64,000 nucleotides of DNA from Antedon mediterranea. Its lineage: Eukaryota > Animalia > Echinodermata. Positions 62,373 to 64,000 of the stretch are shown here, one piece after another; the stretch's first letter is position 1, and each line of letters starts with the position of its first letter. A program made the position numbers and the translations under genes. Below the pieces are notes generated by a model. The model had not been told where the DNA came from. It searched no databases and saw only the letters and a list, made by a program, of their open reading frames with translations. The stretch spans positions 40,310,304 through 40,374,303 of the forward strand of contig NC_092671.1 in the NCBI RefSeq assembly GCF_964355755.1, in the 5' to 3' direction.

Positions 62373-63414
62373 AGTACAGTAGTTTACAAAGTGAACATAA
62401 TGTAAAATGCAACAAATAAAAGAATATTTATTTTATAAAACTTTTGATTTCATAATTGCATTGACTCGCATATATGGAATTAAAATACAAACTTATACCA
62501 GCTAACCTTCGACCACTGACGGCTTAAGAAGTTACTTAAACAAGTTTGGTATACCTTTCCATAGCAGCGGAATCGTGAAAACTGCAAAGTTTAATTTTAA
62601 TATTATTTACAAATACCGTATGATACACACGAACAAACAAGTAAAATCTGAATATTATTTGAAAACGGAAGCTAACATTGGTGAAATACTGGGTAGGCCT
62701 ACTGTTACTATTGGGTATGGCGAATACATAAGATATATTGTCGCCCTGCAAAAAAATATATATATTTTTGAATAGGCCATTTTAAATATCTCTTGAATTA
62801 AAATCGGATCGAAAATAATTATTTAACAAATTAAAACCGTAATTTAAAGACAAAAGTAACATTTTATTTATATTTATAAACGAAATCCTTATTTTTGTGC
62901 ATTTTTTTTACAAAAGTGAAAAACTTGATTAAAACTACAAAATGGGCTATTCAAAGTTTGACTTTACACAACTTTATTCTTCATAATACATCTTTTGTAA
63001 CATGGTATTTTCTGCTATCTAGCATGGTAAGAATAAGTAAAATACCAAGTCCAATGAACCGTTCTCAATTTGATGAATACGTTCTCCGAGTTTGACGCTA
63101 GATTTTAAAAGTTCAATTGCTTTTTTGTTTGGTTAGGCTTACTTGCTACAACGACCTCCATGCTACAACCACAAATCAAATGTTAAATCAGGTGTCATCA
63201 CCTGTTCTGTGCATAGAACAAATAGGCCTAATGTTCCGTGTAACTATCTTTATGGGCATATTATAAGTAATATAATATAAGTAATATATAATATAAGTAA
63301 TATATAATATAAGTAATATATGTATAAAGGTCTATCAATTTCAACGAAATATTAGAACAATAATTATAGGTTTTGAAAAAATGTTCATTTAGCTTCGATT
63401 TTGTATAGATGACA

Positions 63415-64000
63415 AATTTCGTTTTTGTAAAAGCTACAAGTTAACGGAGTACTCGGACGTTTCGATCTCTATCAGAGATCATTCTCAACTGACTGCGGAG
63501 TGTTAATGCAGCTTGGTCATGCTTGACGTCATCTGTTGATGACGTCGTACGCCTCCGGTTGTAGGTTGGACTTACTTACTCAGGAGAGTTGGCGAGTGAA
63601 CTAAAAGAAATAACACCAGTAGAAGAGGCCCTCAAAGTTGTCGAAAATCGCCTAACAACAGATCCGACACTTCGGATAGAACTAAACTACACGTGACAGA
63701 CATAATGGAGCTCCTCGGATTAATTGTGAACAAAACCTATTTCTCGTTCAATGGTAACATTTATAGGCAAATACAAGGTATTGCTATGGGAAGCCCAATA
63801 AGTCCTATATTGGCGAACTTTTACCTAGAGTGGCTCGAACATCAAGCCATAAACATGGCACCCATTAACATCAAGCCTGTGTATTGGAAACGATACGTTG
63901 ACGATGTATTAGCTATCATCCCCACAGGTACATTAACACACATCTTAACAACATCGATATAACTGACAACATCAAATTCACCACAGAATCCATGACAAAC
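63415..64000 (+). mobile_element. Penelope-like retroelement: RT fragment preceded by a probable inverted pseudo-LTR
   Basis: TYFSFNGNIYRQIQGIAMGSPISPILANFYLE..WKRYVDD..NIKFT is the PLE RT signature. It is frameshifted and runs off the window. Confidence 0.85.

Noticed and set aside
62075-62405. Three overlapping Cys/Trp-rich ORFs
   Set aside because: 29-bp minisatellite that is open in several frames.

Overview
AT-rich, intron-rich animal genomic DNA (invertebrate deuterostome-like by its SINE/LINE content; this is inference). Host genes, each assembled by hand from GT-AG exons: the last five exons of a tyrosine hydroxylase-like gene (+, cut by the window edge); a complete 14-exon tryptophan hydroxylase-like gene (-) lying tail-to-tail with it and almost invisible in the ORF track; and three tandem SLC28/CNT concentrative nucleoside transporter paralogs (-) that differ at substrate-site residues. 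Mobile DNA includes an intact Gmr1-type Ty3/Gypsy LTR element (SCAN-like Gag, integrase upstream of RT, 448-bp LTRs, tRNA-Leu PBS, 5-bp TSD), Helentron-type elements, MITEs, SINEs, LINE fragments and a Penelope-like RT. The most unusual non-coding structures are a higher-order array of pre-miRNA-shaped hairpins between TH and TPH, and two TPH introns whose minisatellites are amplified copies of the adjacent 5' splice site. All coordinates and translations were read by eye; no searches were run.
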